A DNA stretch of 32,000 nt from Candidatus Heimdallarchaeota archaeon (GCA_030149205.1 JASBSB010000003.1:240001-272000); one strand, 5' to 3'; shown: positions 8,454-17,627, counted from the stretch's first letter. Notes: generated from the letters alone by a model not told the origin. Numbers and translations are program-made.

Positions 8454-8690
8454 CAGACTATTCTCCTAAATAAAAGAAACAAGAGTTTCTAAATAAAATT
8501 ACACCTAATTCTTTTTAAGGTTTCATAATATTCTGTAAACTAAATATAAATTGAAAATTTTTAATAAATTTTTAAATTAACTAAATATTAGATTAACTTT
8601 TGATTAAGGATAATTCTGTTCTGACGGAAATTCAATAATAGATTTGAAAATCGATGAGTTTATAGGGATTTAATTTATTTATATTATGAA

Positions 8691-9719
8691 ATGGTGTCGA
8701 GTTTAAACGAGTTGTTAAGTCTCCTTCTGTTTGGGTCAGTAGCACTTTTGTTAGCCGTTATTCTAATTTTCTTTTTATCACTCATGATTAGACGTACATT
8801 TCTAACTAAAATGATCAGGAATAATTTGATTTGGGTTCTCATTATAATTTTTATATCTCATGGGACTATTGCGTTTCTTGAAGTTTCAAATATTCTAACT
8901 GGAAATATCGTCTATTTTATAGAACCGATTACAATATTTGTTCTGATTACTTTAAAACTCTTAATTTTCTCAGATTTAAAAATTTTTAATGAAAGTCTTG
9001 TGAATATTATAGAAACTCAAGATGCGATTCTAAATAATAACTATGGAGCATCGAATTGGAAGAACATCCTCTACCAGGGTGAGTTAAAGTTAATCAAAGA
9101 AAATCTTAGTCTTATTTCAAATAAAATAAGGGAATCACGTGTCGATGAAAGTTTTTTTATTGAAAGGTTTACTCAGTTGGTAGGAACTTTTTCTAACGAG
9201 CTAAAAGAATTGTTAAACGAGTACAATTATATTTCAGAGTCTATAATTGAGTTAGAAACTATCCGAAGTTCAAATCGAACCTTTTGGGAACAAATTAATG
9301 AAACCTTAAAACATCAACAGGGAGTAATTTTGTCCTCTTTAAACCAAATGGAAAATGCGAGCTCATTAGTAAATACCTTAACAGACCAAATAAGTTTGGT
9401 TTCGATCAACGCATCGATTGAATCAGCAAAGGTAGGAGAACTGGGAGAGGGGTTCAACTTAGTTGCGGAAAATATTCGAGACTTATCTGTGAGGTCCAGA
9501 GATTCATCTGAAGACCTCAACTCTCGGGTGAAAGACCTAACTTCAGAACTTTTAATTGATCAGAAAGAAATATTTGACAAGGTGAAGAAGATTAACGTGT
9601 TTTTTGAAAGAATGGATGAGATATTGACATCAATAGGTAACCTGACAACACTTATTGGTTCATTTGTAATGCAATTAGATGATTATCAAATTCGCTCTGA
9701 GAAACTCCAAAGTATTTGA
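8691..9719 (+). CDS. Membrane-anchored methyl-accepting chemotaxis-like protein (divergent)
   Basis: Three N-terminal hydrophobic segments. QISLVSINASIESAKVGELGEGFNLVAENIRDLSVRS (9387-9497) aligns to the MCP signalling hairpin consensus QTNLLALNAAIEAARAGExGRGFAVVAxEVRxLAxRS. Confidence 0.75.
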   Translation: MVSSLNELLSLLLFGSVALLLAVILIFFLSLMIRRTFLTKMIRNNLIWVLIIIFISHGTIAFLEVSNILTGNIVYFIEPITIFVLITLKLLIFSDLKIFNESLVNIIETQDAILNNNYGASNWKNILYQGELKLIKENLSLISNKIRESRVDESFFIERFTQLVGTFSNELKELLNEYNYISESIIELETIRSSNRTFWEQINETLKHQQGVILSSLNQMENASSLVNTLTDQISLVSINASIESAKVGELGEGFNLVAENIRDLSVRSRDSSEDLNSRVKDLTSELLIDQKEIFDKVKKINVFFERMDEILTSIGNLTTLIGSFVMQLDDYQIRSEKLQSI

Positions 9720-9808
9720 TAAATTAGAAAATTAATATTAAAACCTACCAACTAAAATAATTCTACCTATAAAAAACATTTAATGAACTGTAAATTTGAT
9801 TAATATTG

Positions 9809-10915
9809 ATGAGAATCATTAGAAGATTAGATCCTTTTCAGACCTATCTGAATAATGAGAATATCCTAGTTGGGATAGAGACCTATTTTTCATCTAATCG
9901 AGATAAGAGGCCAAGGGAATTCACTCAATCAAAAAATCAGTACTCACCCAAAAGCCCTCCACCCTCATCTTCAGAAATGGCTGTTGAGAGTGTCTTATAT
10001 AAGGTTTTTATTGGAGAGGAAAAGGGGGTTTTTGTAAGTGATGATCAAGAGTTTTTTGGAAACCCGTTCAAGAACAAAGCGCCAACAATCATTTCGCATA
10101 AAAACAGAAAAGCTTTGACTTTTCTAAACAAGTATTCCGTCTTTGATCCACTTTCGAACAATGAAAACAAAGGTGTGATGTTAGTTTCTGTTCAATTTCA
10201 ACCAGTTATTTATCCTAGAGAGGCATCGGGTAACCTTAAATGGTTGCTTCTTTCAATGAAAAATGCTATAATAGGAATCTTAGAAGATTCTAAAGACAAA
10301 TTTGATGTGCTTAATTTTTTAAATGTCGGACCAAAAAGTGGTTCAAGTGTTAAATTTTTACATTCTCAGACCTATATCTTTCAACAGAAACCCAGAACAA
10401 GGGGACATTTCAGAAATGCCTTTTATCAGGCCTTCAATCAAAATCCAAAATGTGTTGCTTGTACAATTGTTGATCAGAGGAAAATTGAAACTATTTATGG
10501 AGAATCTGTTAATTACGAAACGTTAATTTTGAATGAGACGTCTAACTTTATCTCATATTTTGCATACTGCCCATTAAGACTGGGACAGATAAGAATAATC
10601 CCAAAACATCACTTAAAAAATGTGACAGAGATATCAAATGAAATGTTTCTAGAATTAGGTTTGCTAATTGAGGAGAGTGATTTAACAATTCATAATTTTG
10701 GCATGAAATTAGGATTTCGCTTGAAAGACAGATCAATAGTTTTTCGAGAATCATACAGTGAGAATCAAGATTTTCATCTTTTGGTTGATGTTCTACCTTT
10801 TTGGCCTTTGGGGAGTGTTGAACTACTTGACTCCATTAATTCCTATTCTATAACCCCTGAACATATTAAACTGTTTTTAAGAGAACATAAGTTGTCAATG
10901 AAGCGAAATGACTGA
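9809..10915 (+). CDS. Galactose-1-phosphate uridylyltransferase-like (GalT/HIT superfamily) nucleotidyltransferase
   Basis: N-terminal RLDP...SNRDKRP, active-site-like NVGPKSGSSVKFLHSQ, CVAC, C-terminal FHLLVDVLP. ATG at 9809 follows the TTG at 9806. Confidence 0.7.
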   Translation: MRIIRRLDPFQTYLNNENILVGIETYFSSNRDKRPREFTQSKNQYSPKSPPPSSSEMAVESVLYKVFIGEEKGVFVSDDQEFFGNPFKNKAPTIISHKNRKALTFLNKYSVFDPLSNNENKGVMLVSVQFQPVIYPREASGNLKWLLLSMKNAIIGILEDSKDKFDVLNFLNVGPKSGSSVKFLHSQTYIFQQKPRTRGHFRNAFYQAFNQNPKCVACTIVDQRKIETIYGESVNYETLILNETSNFISYFAYCPLRLGQIRIIPKHHLKNVTEISNEMFLELGLLIEESDLTIHNFGMKLGFRLKDRSIVFRESYSENQDFHLLVDVLPFWPLGSVELLDSINSYSITPEHIKLFLREHKLSMKRND

Positions 10916-10947
10916 AAAGACTTTATCCTATCCCTAGTACTCAGTCA

Positions 10948-10956
10948 TTTTTAAGT
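10948..10956 (+). promoter_or_regulatory. Putative TATA box for psmB-psmA
   Basis: TTTTTAAGT about 28-36 nt upstream of the psmB ATG (10984), the spacing expected for a leaderless or short-leader archaeal transcript. Confidence 0.35.
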
Positions 10957-10983
10957 AAGATACAAAGATAAATTAGGTCAAAG

Positions 10984-11670
10984 ATGAATAACGTTAAACC
11001 TACTAACAAGTTCCCGGATTATCTCAATCCCTCTGAACCAATCCATGGAACTACTACTGTTTCCTTACGATACAAGGATGGTGTCCTCATTGCAGCGGAT
11101 AACCGTGCTTCTGCAGGATACATGGTTGCTTCACCTCGTGCTAAGAAACTTCATGTATTAGCAAAGAGTACAGCTATGTCAATTGCAGGAATGGTATCAG
11201 ATGCCCAATACTTAGTTCAATTATTGAGAGCTGAAATTAATCTGTTTGAGTTAAACAGAAACAGACCTATGCCAACAAAAATGATTGGTAACCTGCTTGC
11301 ATCAGTGATGTATGGTCAATACAGAAGTTTTATGCCATATTACGTGGGACCTATTTTAGCTGGTGTTGATGAAGAGGGTAAATATGTATTTAGTATGGAC
11401 CCATCAGGTTCAATTACGAATGAACCATTTACCTCAACTGGATCTGGCTCTCCATTTGCTCTTGGTGTATTAGAAGCCATGTTCGAGGAAAACATGACTG
11501 AAAAACAGGCAAAGAAAGTGATTTTGCTCGCTCTAAGGTCTGCAATTAAGAAAGACATCGCAACTGGTGATGGAATTGACTTATTAGTCATAACATTAGA
11601 TGGTATTAAGAAAGTAAACCTTGATGAAATCAAGACCATCTTAGGGGATAAATACCCATTCCCACAATAG
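10984..11670 (+). CDS. psmB: 20S proteasome beta subunit (catalytically intact)
   Basis: 22-aa propeptide then G|TTTV (Thr1 codon 11050). Asp17 (AADNRAS), Lys33, TGSGS and KDIATGDG are all present. Confidence 0.96.
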   Translation: MNNVKPTNKFPDYLNPSEPIHGTTTVSLRYKDGVLIAADNRASAGYMVASPRAKKLHVLAKSTAMSIAGMVSDAQYLVQLLRAEINLFELNRNRPMPTKMIGNLLASVMYGQYRSFMPYYVGPILAGVDEEGKYVFSMDPSGSITNEPFTSTGSGSPFALGVLEAMFEENMTEKQAKKVILLALRSAIKKDIATGDGIDLLVITLDGIKKVNLDEIKTILGDKYPFPQ

Positions 11671-11686
11671 GAGTTGAAAAAGTTAT

Positions 11687-12373
11687 ATGTTACCTACAGG
11701 CGCATCAATGGGATACGATAGAAGTTCCACTATGTACTCCCCAGACGGGAGAATCATTCAAACTGAATATGCAAGAAATGCCATGCGAAGAGGATCAATT
11801 AGCATTGCTCTCAAATCAAAAGCTGGAGTTGTACTAGCTGGAGAAATGAGGGTGACTGATTTCGACATTCCAAATCATAAGATATCAAAAGTTGATGAAC
11901 ATTTCTCTGCAATTTTCGCAGGATTTGCCGCAGATGGTAGATTGCTTATAAACAGGGCTAGAGTTGAGGCTCAGATCCATAAAATGACTTATGGGACTCC
12001 AGCTGATATTGGTTATATTGCGACAAAATTAGCAGATTATGCTCATATGTACACACAGCAAGGTGGTTTAAGGCCTCTTGGAATTGGACTACTACTAGGT
12101 GGACTTGATTATAATGGTCAACCTACCATCTATTACGTATATCCTGGTGGTGGATTAACAGAAACTAATGCAAAAGCAATTGGCTCAAATGATTCTGCTG
12201 CGATGGAGTACCTCAAAAGCAATTATAAAGAGGATTTAACTCTTGAAGAGCTCATTGAACTTGCAAAAAACACCATTAAAAATTCATCAGAAGGGATTAC
12301 CGATGAATTGATTGAAGTTTGGTCTATCGAAGCCTCTGAAAGCAATATCCCAACTGTTGAACAAGTATACTAA
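11687..12373 (+). CDS. psmA: 20S proteasome alpha subunit (divergent)
   Basis: GYDRSSTMYSPDGRIIQTEYA gate motif, AGFAADGR, RARVEAQ, RPLGIGLL, AKAIG. Starts 16 nt after psmB with a GGAG RBS-like spacer. Confidence 0.93.
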   Translation: MLPTGASMGYDRSSTMYSPDGRIIQTEYARNAMRRGSISIALKSKAGVVLAGEMRVTDFDIPNHKISKVDEHFSAIFAGFAADGRLLINRARVEAQIHKMTYGTPADIGYIATKLADYAHMYTQQGGLRPLGIGLLLGGLDYNGQPTIYYVYPGGGLTETNAKAIGSNDSAAMEYLKSNYKEDLTLEELIELAKNTIKNSSEGITDELIEVWSIEASESNIPTVEQVY

Positions 12374-12523
12374 ATTTATTTTGAAAAGATCGAAGTTAAC
12401 TCTTGTAAATTTCTTTGATATTATATATGTATAGGGTTATAACAAACAACATTATTAAATATGTTTAAACTAAAATTGGAACAGAGGTTCCATAAATTGT
12501 CTTCATTCGAAAGCATAAAAGTA

Positions 12524-13639
12524 ATGTCTCAAACAGATGTTGAGAAAATAGAAAAACCAACAACAGATCCAAAAGATATTGCTCCTGACGTTCAACTAAA
12601 GGTTGTAAACCTTAGAAAATACTTCCCAATTGAGGGTGGATTTTTATGGAAAAAGAAAATTGCAGATATCAAAGCTGTGGATGGTGTAACCTTCGAAGTT
12701 AAAAATGGAGAAACATTAGGATTAGTGGGAGAATCTGGATGTGGTAAATCAACCATTGCGAAAACACTTACCTTTTTACACAAACCCACTTCTGGTGAGG
12801 TTTGGTTTAGAACAGGTAGAGATGAAGAAATGATAGACCTGAGGGTACTTTCACCTAAGGCGCTCAGGGGAGTTGCAAAAGATTTGACAATGGTTTTTCA
12901 AGACCCAGCTGCTTCCCTTGACCCAAGGTATACTGTAATGCAGTCGGTCTTGGAACCCCTAGAAATTCATAACCAAGTGGATGATTCTGACAAATATGCT
13001 GTTGTGAGGTCAATTCTCCTTCAAGTTGGTTTATCTCCACATCATGCTTACAGATATCCCCATGAACTTTCAGGGGGTCAACAACAAAGAGTTGGAATAG
13101 CAAGAGCATTAACTTTACAACCGAGGCTGATCATTCTTGATGAACCTGTAAGTGCCCTTGATGTCTCCGTTAGAGCATCTATCATCAATCTATTAATAAA
13201 ATTACAAGATGAGTTAGGTTTCGCATATATTTTTATTGCCCATGACCTTTCAGTAGTACGAAAAATCTCACATAGAGTAGCTGTGATGTATCTTGGTAAA
13301 TTAATGGAGTTTGGTACTGTAGATGATGTTTATGATGATCCAATGCACCCATATACTCAGGCTTTAATGTCAGCCATACCCGTTGCAGATCCAACTGTGA
13401 AAAAAGAAAGAATTTTCCTGAAAGGTGAAGTTCCTACCCCAATTGATCCTCCAGTAGGTTGTAGATTTTGTACAAGATGCAGATATGTAAGGCAAAAATG
13501 TTATCTTGAAGAACCTGAACTGAAAGAGTATGACAACCACAAATTAGTAGCTTGCCATTTTGCAAGTGAAATTAAGGCGGGAACTCACGTCCTAGCCGAT
13601 GAATTGATTGATGCAGAAGAGTCAGTTGATGCATCTTAA
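12524..13639 (+). CDS. oppF: Oligopeptide/dipeptide ABC transporter ATP-binding subunit (OppF/AppF family)
   Basis: GESGCGKS, LSGGQQQR, LDEPVSALDVS, IAHDL, HPYT...GCRFCTRC. Probable start is ATG 12524; the ORF track extends to 12461. Confidence 0.92.
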   Translation: MSQTDVEKIEKPTTDPKDIAPDVQLKVVNLRKYFPIEGGFLWKKKIADIKAVDGVTFEVKNGETLGLVGESGCGKSTIAKTLTFLHKPTSGEVWFRTGRDEEMIDLRVLSPKALRGVAKDLTMVFQDPAASLDPRYTVMQSVLEPLEIHNQVDDSDKYAVVRSILLQVGLSPHHAYRYPHELSGGQQQRVGIARALTLQPRLIILDEPVSALDVSVRASIINLLIKLQDELGFAYIFIAHDLSVVRKISHRVAVMYLGKLMEFGTVDDVYDDPMHPYTQALMSAIPVADPTVKKERIFLKGEVPTPIDPPVGCRFCTRCRYVRQKCYLEEPELKEYDNHKLVACHFASEIKAGTHVLADELIDAEESVDAS

Positions 13640-13774
13640 GTTATGCCTACATATTTAATAACTCAGAATTTGAGAAATTTATGTGGATTTTACTTTGTAA
13701 AAAAATAATGAGCAATAAGAATTGACGCGAGGTGTAACATAAAGGCTTAAAGAATAATGAAAGCTTGAACTTTT

Positions 13775-15853
13775 ATGAATAGGATTGAGTCTCCAATTCA
13801 AGTTTTCACAAATTTGATCTCAATCCACACTGGGAAATATTTGCAGCAAAGAGATGAAGGATCAATTATCGATCTTGAGTATTGGGACAATTATAAAAGT
13901 CAAGTTTTTGAGGGAATTATTGGTCTTCTCAATTTCTCTCTCCAAATTTGGGAAAAAGAACTAGCGTTATTTACTGAGATTAAAGACCAAGGGAAAAAAA
14001 GTGAACTTCCTTTAAAATATATCAACAGAACGATTACAGACCTATTAGTTTTAGCATTGGTTTATAGCAACCTATTAGACGAAGATCCAGAGACACTTGA
14101 TTCAAAAGAGCAACTTACTAGGTATTTGTTGGTCGATAAACTAAATCAAATTTCTCAAAATTATTTTAACCCAATAATCCCACAGGAAGTCTTTTCTGAA
14201 ACGTACGAGCAAATCGGGGCTTTAAATAAAATCGTAAACTTGATAAATCTGCAATTTTTTTCAAATAACACTAAAGTACAACCCGAAACGATAACTCGAA
14301 ATCAAACTGCAGAACTAAGTAACTTTTTCACCAACATACTTATACCTTCAATTGAGAGAATTTCTAATCTGTGGTGGTGGGATGACCATTTAGCGAAATA
14401 CCACTTGTACTCATTAGCCAATCGGAAATTGCTTAGTGTATTTGAACTTCATCAGCAACCAGGAGACCTTGAAGGGACTAAGAACAAAATTCAATTTAAG
14501 TCTGAGGTGTACCCACTCTTAAACACACGGATGTATTATTCGTTAAGTCTCCACACATTAAACACATCCATCAAATTCATTACAAAGGGTAAATTTGAAA
14601 AAGGGTTGAGATTACTCCAAGACTCTGAAGACTTTTGTAGAATTATTCTTCATAATATTGTCGAGCAACCACCCCATAAAATCGAGGATTTGTTAAGCTA
14701 TAAATTATTATTTAATAGGATAAAATTTCTTATCTATCTTGGGAATTCATCTGTAATCCTCTCAAAAATTTTCCATTCATTAGATGATAGAATGAAAATT
14801 AAAGAACTTTTACAAGAACTTAAGGCATTAGAAAACGAACATTCTGTATATTCATATCTTGGAATGGTGATTGAAAACTCCTTTATTAGCACCGCTAAAT
14901 TACTTGAAGTTAGAATTGAAAAGAATCAAAAAGTGAGGATTAGGTTTAATGAGATTACTTTTCCAATAAATGGGTTATCTAATTCTATATATGAAAAACT
15001 TCACCAATATATAGAAATCATGAGAACAATCAGTTTTGATGACATTGCTTCTGTTAAAATATTATTTCAAATTCAAAAGGAGCTAATAGAATTAGATGAG
15101 GTAATTTGCTTCTTACCATCTGAACTTGATAAAAGAAATGTACTAATAACCTCGGCAAAGGGGTTACTCCATGTCATTAATTCGTTGGTTGAATATTCTC
15201 GAGCTTTAAATCAGACCTCATATTTAGATTCTTTCTTATATCAGCTCAAAGCAACTGGATTATTGAATCAAATTCAAGAAAACTCACTAACACATCTTGA
15301 AGATATAACACAAATAAACACAGCTATTATTACTAAAACCAAACTAAGTGAAATAATTTTAATCAGGGACTTAGCGATTTACAAGTTTCAACATCAAACA
15401 ATACGTGAGTGGAACTCTGTTTGCAACCTCCTATCTAACATAGAGCTGAGTAAATTAACATTTATAGATAACCTGAAAAAATCTCAAGTTGAGTTTTTTA
15501 ACTTGTTACAGATGATTAATCAAGAGGAATTAAATGAACCAAAAAAGGAGGAAATTCCAAATATTATCATGAGGATATATGATTTAGCTACCCAGTTTTT
15601 AATAATTACAAAACTCGAAGTTCCAAGACAAAACTTGAAATCTAAGCTTAAAGTCGTTGAAAATAATGTATTTCAACTCAGCCAGGAATTAGAAAATCAA
15701 CCAATTGAATTTTCTCAAATCAGAGAACATGTATATAAATTTGGAATTGAACTCCAGGAGATTTCGAATAATCCCTCCAGAATAGATCTATTATCTTTAG
15801 AGTTCTTTATAGGTGTTATTGAAGCTATTTTATCATTGCTTGATCTGTTGTAA
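13775..15853 (+). CDS. Large hypothetical all-alpha-helical protein
   Basis: 692 aa uninterrupted ORF, Leu/Ile/Glu/Lys-rich amphipathic helices, no recognisable catalytic motif. Confidence 0.6.
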   Translation: MNRIESPIQVFTNLISIHTGKYLQQRDEGSIIDLEYWDNYKSQVFEGIIGLLNFSLQIWEKELALFTEIKDQGKKSELPLKYINRTITDLLVLALVYSNLLDEDPETLDSKEQLTRYLLVDKLNQISQNYFNPIIPQEVFSETYEQIGALNKIVNLINLQFFSNNTKVQPETITRNQTAELSNFFTNILIPSIERISNLWWWDDHLAKYHLYSLANRKLLSVFELHQQPGDLEGTKNKIQFKSEVYPLLNTRMYYSLSLHTLNTSIKFITKGKFEKGLRLLQDSEDFCRIILHNIVEQPPHKIEDLLSYKLLFNRIKFLIYLGNSSVILSKIFHSLDDRMKIKELLQELKALENEHSVYSYLGMVIENSFISTAKLLEVRIEKNQKVRIRFNEITFPINGLSNSIYEKLHQYIEIMRTISFDDIASVKILFQIQKELIELDEVICFLPSELDKRNVLITSAKGLLHVINSLVEYSRALNQTSYLDSFLYQLKATGLLNQIQENSLTHLEDITQINTAIITKTKLSEIILIRDLAIYKFQHQTIREWNSVCNLLSNIELSKLTFIDNLKKSQVEFFNLLQMINQEELNEPKKEEIPNIIMRIYDLATQFLIITKLEVPRQNLKSKLKVVENNVFQLSQELENQPIEFSQIREHVYKFGIELQEISNNPSRIDLLSLEFFIGVIEAILSLLDLL

Positions 15854-15925
15854 GCCATAGGCGAGACTCGAACTCGCGACATTCAGATTACGAATCTGAC
15901 GCTCTACCAGCTGAGCTACTATGGC
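15853..15925 (-). tRNA. tRNA-Thr(CGT), intronless, CCA not encoded
   Basis: Reverse complement GCCATAGTAGCTCAGCTGGTAGAGCGTCAGATTCGTAATCTGAATGTCGCGAGTTCGAGTCTCGCCTATGGC(T). Perfect 7-bp acceptor stem, anticodon stem TCAGA/TCTGA with loop TTCGTAA, T-loop GTTCGAG, discriminator U. Confidence 0.97.
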
Positions 15926-15980
15926 ACAAGATAAATCTATATACCACAAATATAATTGTATTCTTACTAACAAGTTCTTG

Positions 15981-16736
15981 TTAGCCTTCTAGGTAAATTT
16001 TATCAGAAATATTCGTTTGATTTTGAAGGGATTGGGATAATTTTATTGGGTCAATCTCTTCTATGTTGCCTTCAACCAATCTATAAATCCTATCTGCTCT
16101 CTGTGCCACACTCATATCGTGGGTGACCACAATTAATGTTGTGTTATTGGTTCTGTTTATTGACTCTAATATCTCCATAATTGAACGCCCTGTTTCAGGG
16201 TCTAAACTTGCAGTAGGTTCATCTGCCAATATAATTTTTGAGTTTGCAGCAATCGCTCTTGCAATAGCCACTCTTTGCTTTTCACCACCAGATAATTCTT
16301 CCGGTTTTTGAAATGCCTTATCAGCCAACCCTAGGTCTTTCAAGATCCTTAGAATAATCGTTCCACGATTTTGACTTGGAATTTTCTTTAATAGCAAAGG
16401 GAGTTCAACGTTTTGATAGGCTGTTAGCACTTCAAGCAGGTTATGTCCTTGATAAATAGTTGATACAATATCACGTCTGTATTCCGACAAATGTTTCTCT
16501 GATATTGAGGATATTTTTTTATCATAAATTTTAACCTCTCCCGATTGAGGTTTAATTGAAGCAGACAGTAATGATAAAAGACTCGTTTTACCTGATCCAG
16601 ATTCACCAATTATACTTACAAATTCACCCTCATCTATTTTGAGGTTGACGTTCCGAAGTATCGGTTTGAGCTTTCCTCCCCTTTTATACCCAAATGATAC
16701 TTCCTCTAAAGTAATTTGTTCATTAAAGGGAGGCAC
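15981..16736 (-). CDS. ABC transporter ATP-binding protein (LolD/MacB/FtsE-like)
   Basis: GESGSGKT, LSGGEKQRVAIARA, ILADEPTASLD, VTHD. GTG start. Confidence 0.9.
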   Translation of the reverse strand: MPPFNEQITLEEVSFGYKRGGKLKPILRNVNLKIDEGEFVSIIGESGSGKTSLLSLLSASIKPQSGEVKIYDKKISSISEKHLSEYRRDIVSTIYQGHNLLEVLTAYQNVELPLLLKKIPSQNRGTIILRILKDLGLADKAFQKPEELSGGEKQRVAIARAIAANSKIILADEPTASLDPETGRSIMEILESINRTNNTTLIVVTHDMSVAQRADRIYRLVEGNIEEIDPIKLSQSLQNQTNISDKIYLEG

Positions 16737-16820
16737 CTTAATAAATTATTAATTTTTAACAGTTATAAACTATTGCAAATCTCTTCTCATAACTGATAAA
16801 TTATATTTCTGATAGGTTAA

Positions 16821-17465
16821 TTAACTTGCAGAAACTTCAATTTCAGTTGAACCAATATCTGGTGTTCTAAGCACTTTAACTTTGGAAACTTCAAGCATTT
16901 TAATATCATAATGATTTTGAAGTTCTTCAAGTACTTCAGAAATAAATTCATCATTAAGTAACTTTGTCGTAAATGCTGAAAAAGTCAGGTCATTCAAGGA
17001 TTTTAAAAGAAGTTCAGACATAATTTTTCTTAAATCCTTTTTCTCTGAAGTTCTAATCCTCTGTGGAGTAATGCAAAAAATAGTGATTCTAACTTTTGAA
17101 CCATCTTTGAAATTTATATTGTAAATCCCGTCTATACGTGACCTATGGTTTCTCACCTGAGATCTCATGAAGTCTCTGGATAACTCATATTGAAATAGAT
17201 CAGTGTGAGCAACATTTCCTTTGATTTCTTTAATCTTGAATTTCAGTAATTTAGTTGCATGCTCAAACTTATTTGAAAAAAACATTAAATCTGTTATTAC
17301 AGTTCTCCCAATGATAAATTCTTCGGAAGTTGCAGGTGTTTCTCCAATCACCTTATCATCTATGTATAAAGGAGCTTTAATCTCTGTCCAGACTTTACCC
17401 TTCCATTTGTCGGTCGAGCTTATACTCTTCTTCTTTCTTCGGGATGTCCCTCTTCTTGAACTCAT
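16821..17465 (-). CDS. rps3ae: 30S ribosomal protein eS1 (S3Ae)
   Basis: DKWKGKVW.EIKAP, IGETPA, FIIGRTV, YELSRDFMRSQVR, SRIDGI, KDG, LEVSKVKVL: the archaeal S3Ae pattern. Confidence 0.92.
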   Translation of the reverse strand: MSSRRGTSRRKKKSISSTDKWKGKVWTEIKAPLYIDDKVIGETPATSEEFIIGRTVITDLMFFSNKFEHATKLLKFKIKEIKGNVAHTDLFQYELSRDFMRSQVRNHRSRIDGIYNINFKDGSKVRITIFCITPQRIRTSEKKDLRKIMSELLLKSLNDLTFSAFTTKLLNDEFISEVLEELQNHYDIKMLEVSKVKVLRTPDIGSTEIEVSAS

Positions 17466-17627
17466 AATATTATTAAATTATTTTAGTTTATAAGGAATTT
17501 TATGGATTTGAAAACTTGTCTGATGATAGAACAAAATTTAGAACAATCACATATTAAGCGGAAAGATTCTTAATTAGTTCATCTTCTCACAGAATCAAAT
17601 ATAAACTATCAAATTAAACTATCTACA

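Noticed and set aside
8454-8690. Very AT-rich divergent intergenic region with AATTTTTAA repeats; possible replication origin or ncRNA
   Set aside because: Low complexity; no ORB-like G-string motif, no cdc6/orc1 neighbour, no stable stems seen.
12461-12523. N-terminal extension of oppF in the ORF track
   Set aside because: AT-rich promoter-like sequence; the downstream ATG at 12524 gives a normal-looking N-terminus.
1611-13659. Shared 11-mer ACATATTTAAT upstream of oppD and downstream of oppF
   Set aside because: AT-rich 11-mers recur by chance in 32 kb, and the positions are not equivalent (5' versus 3' flank).
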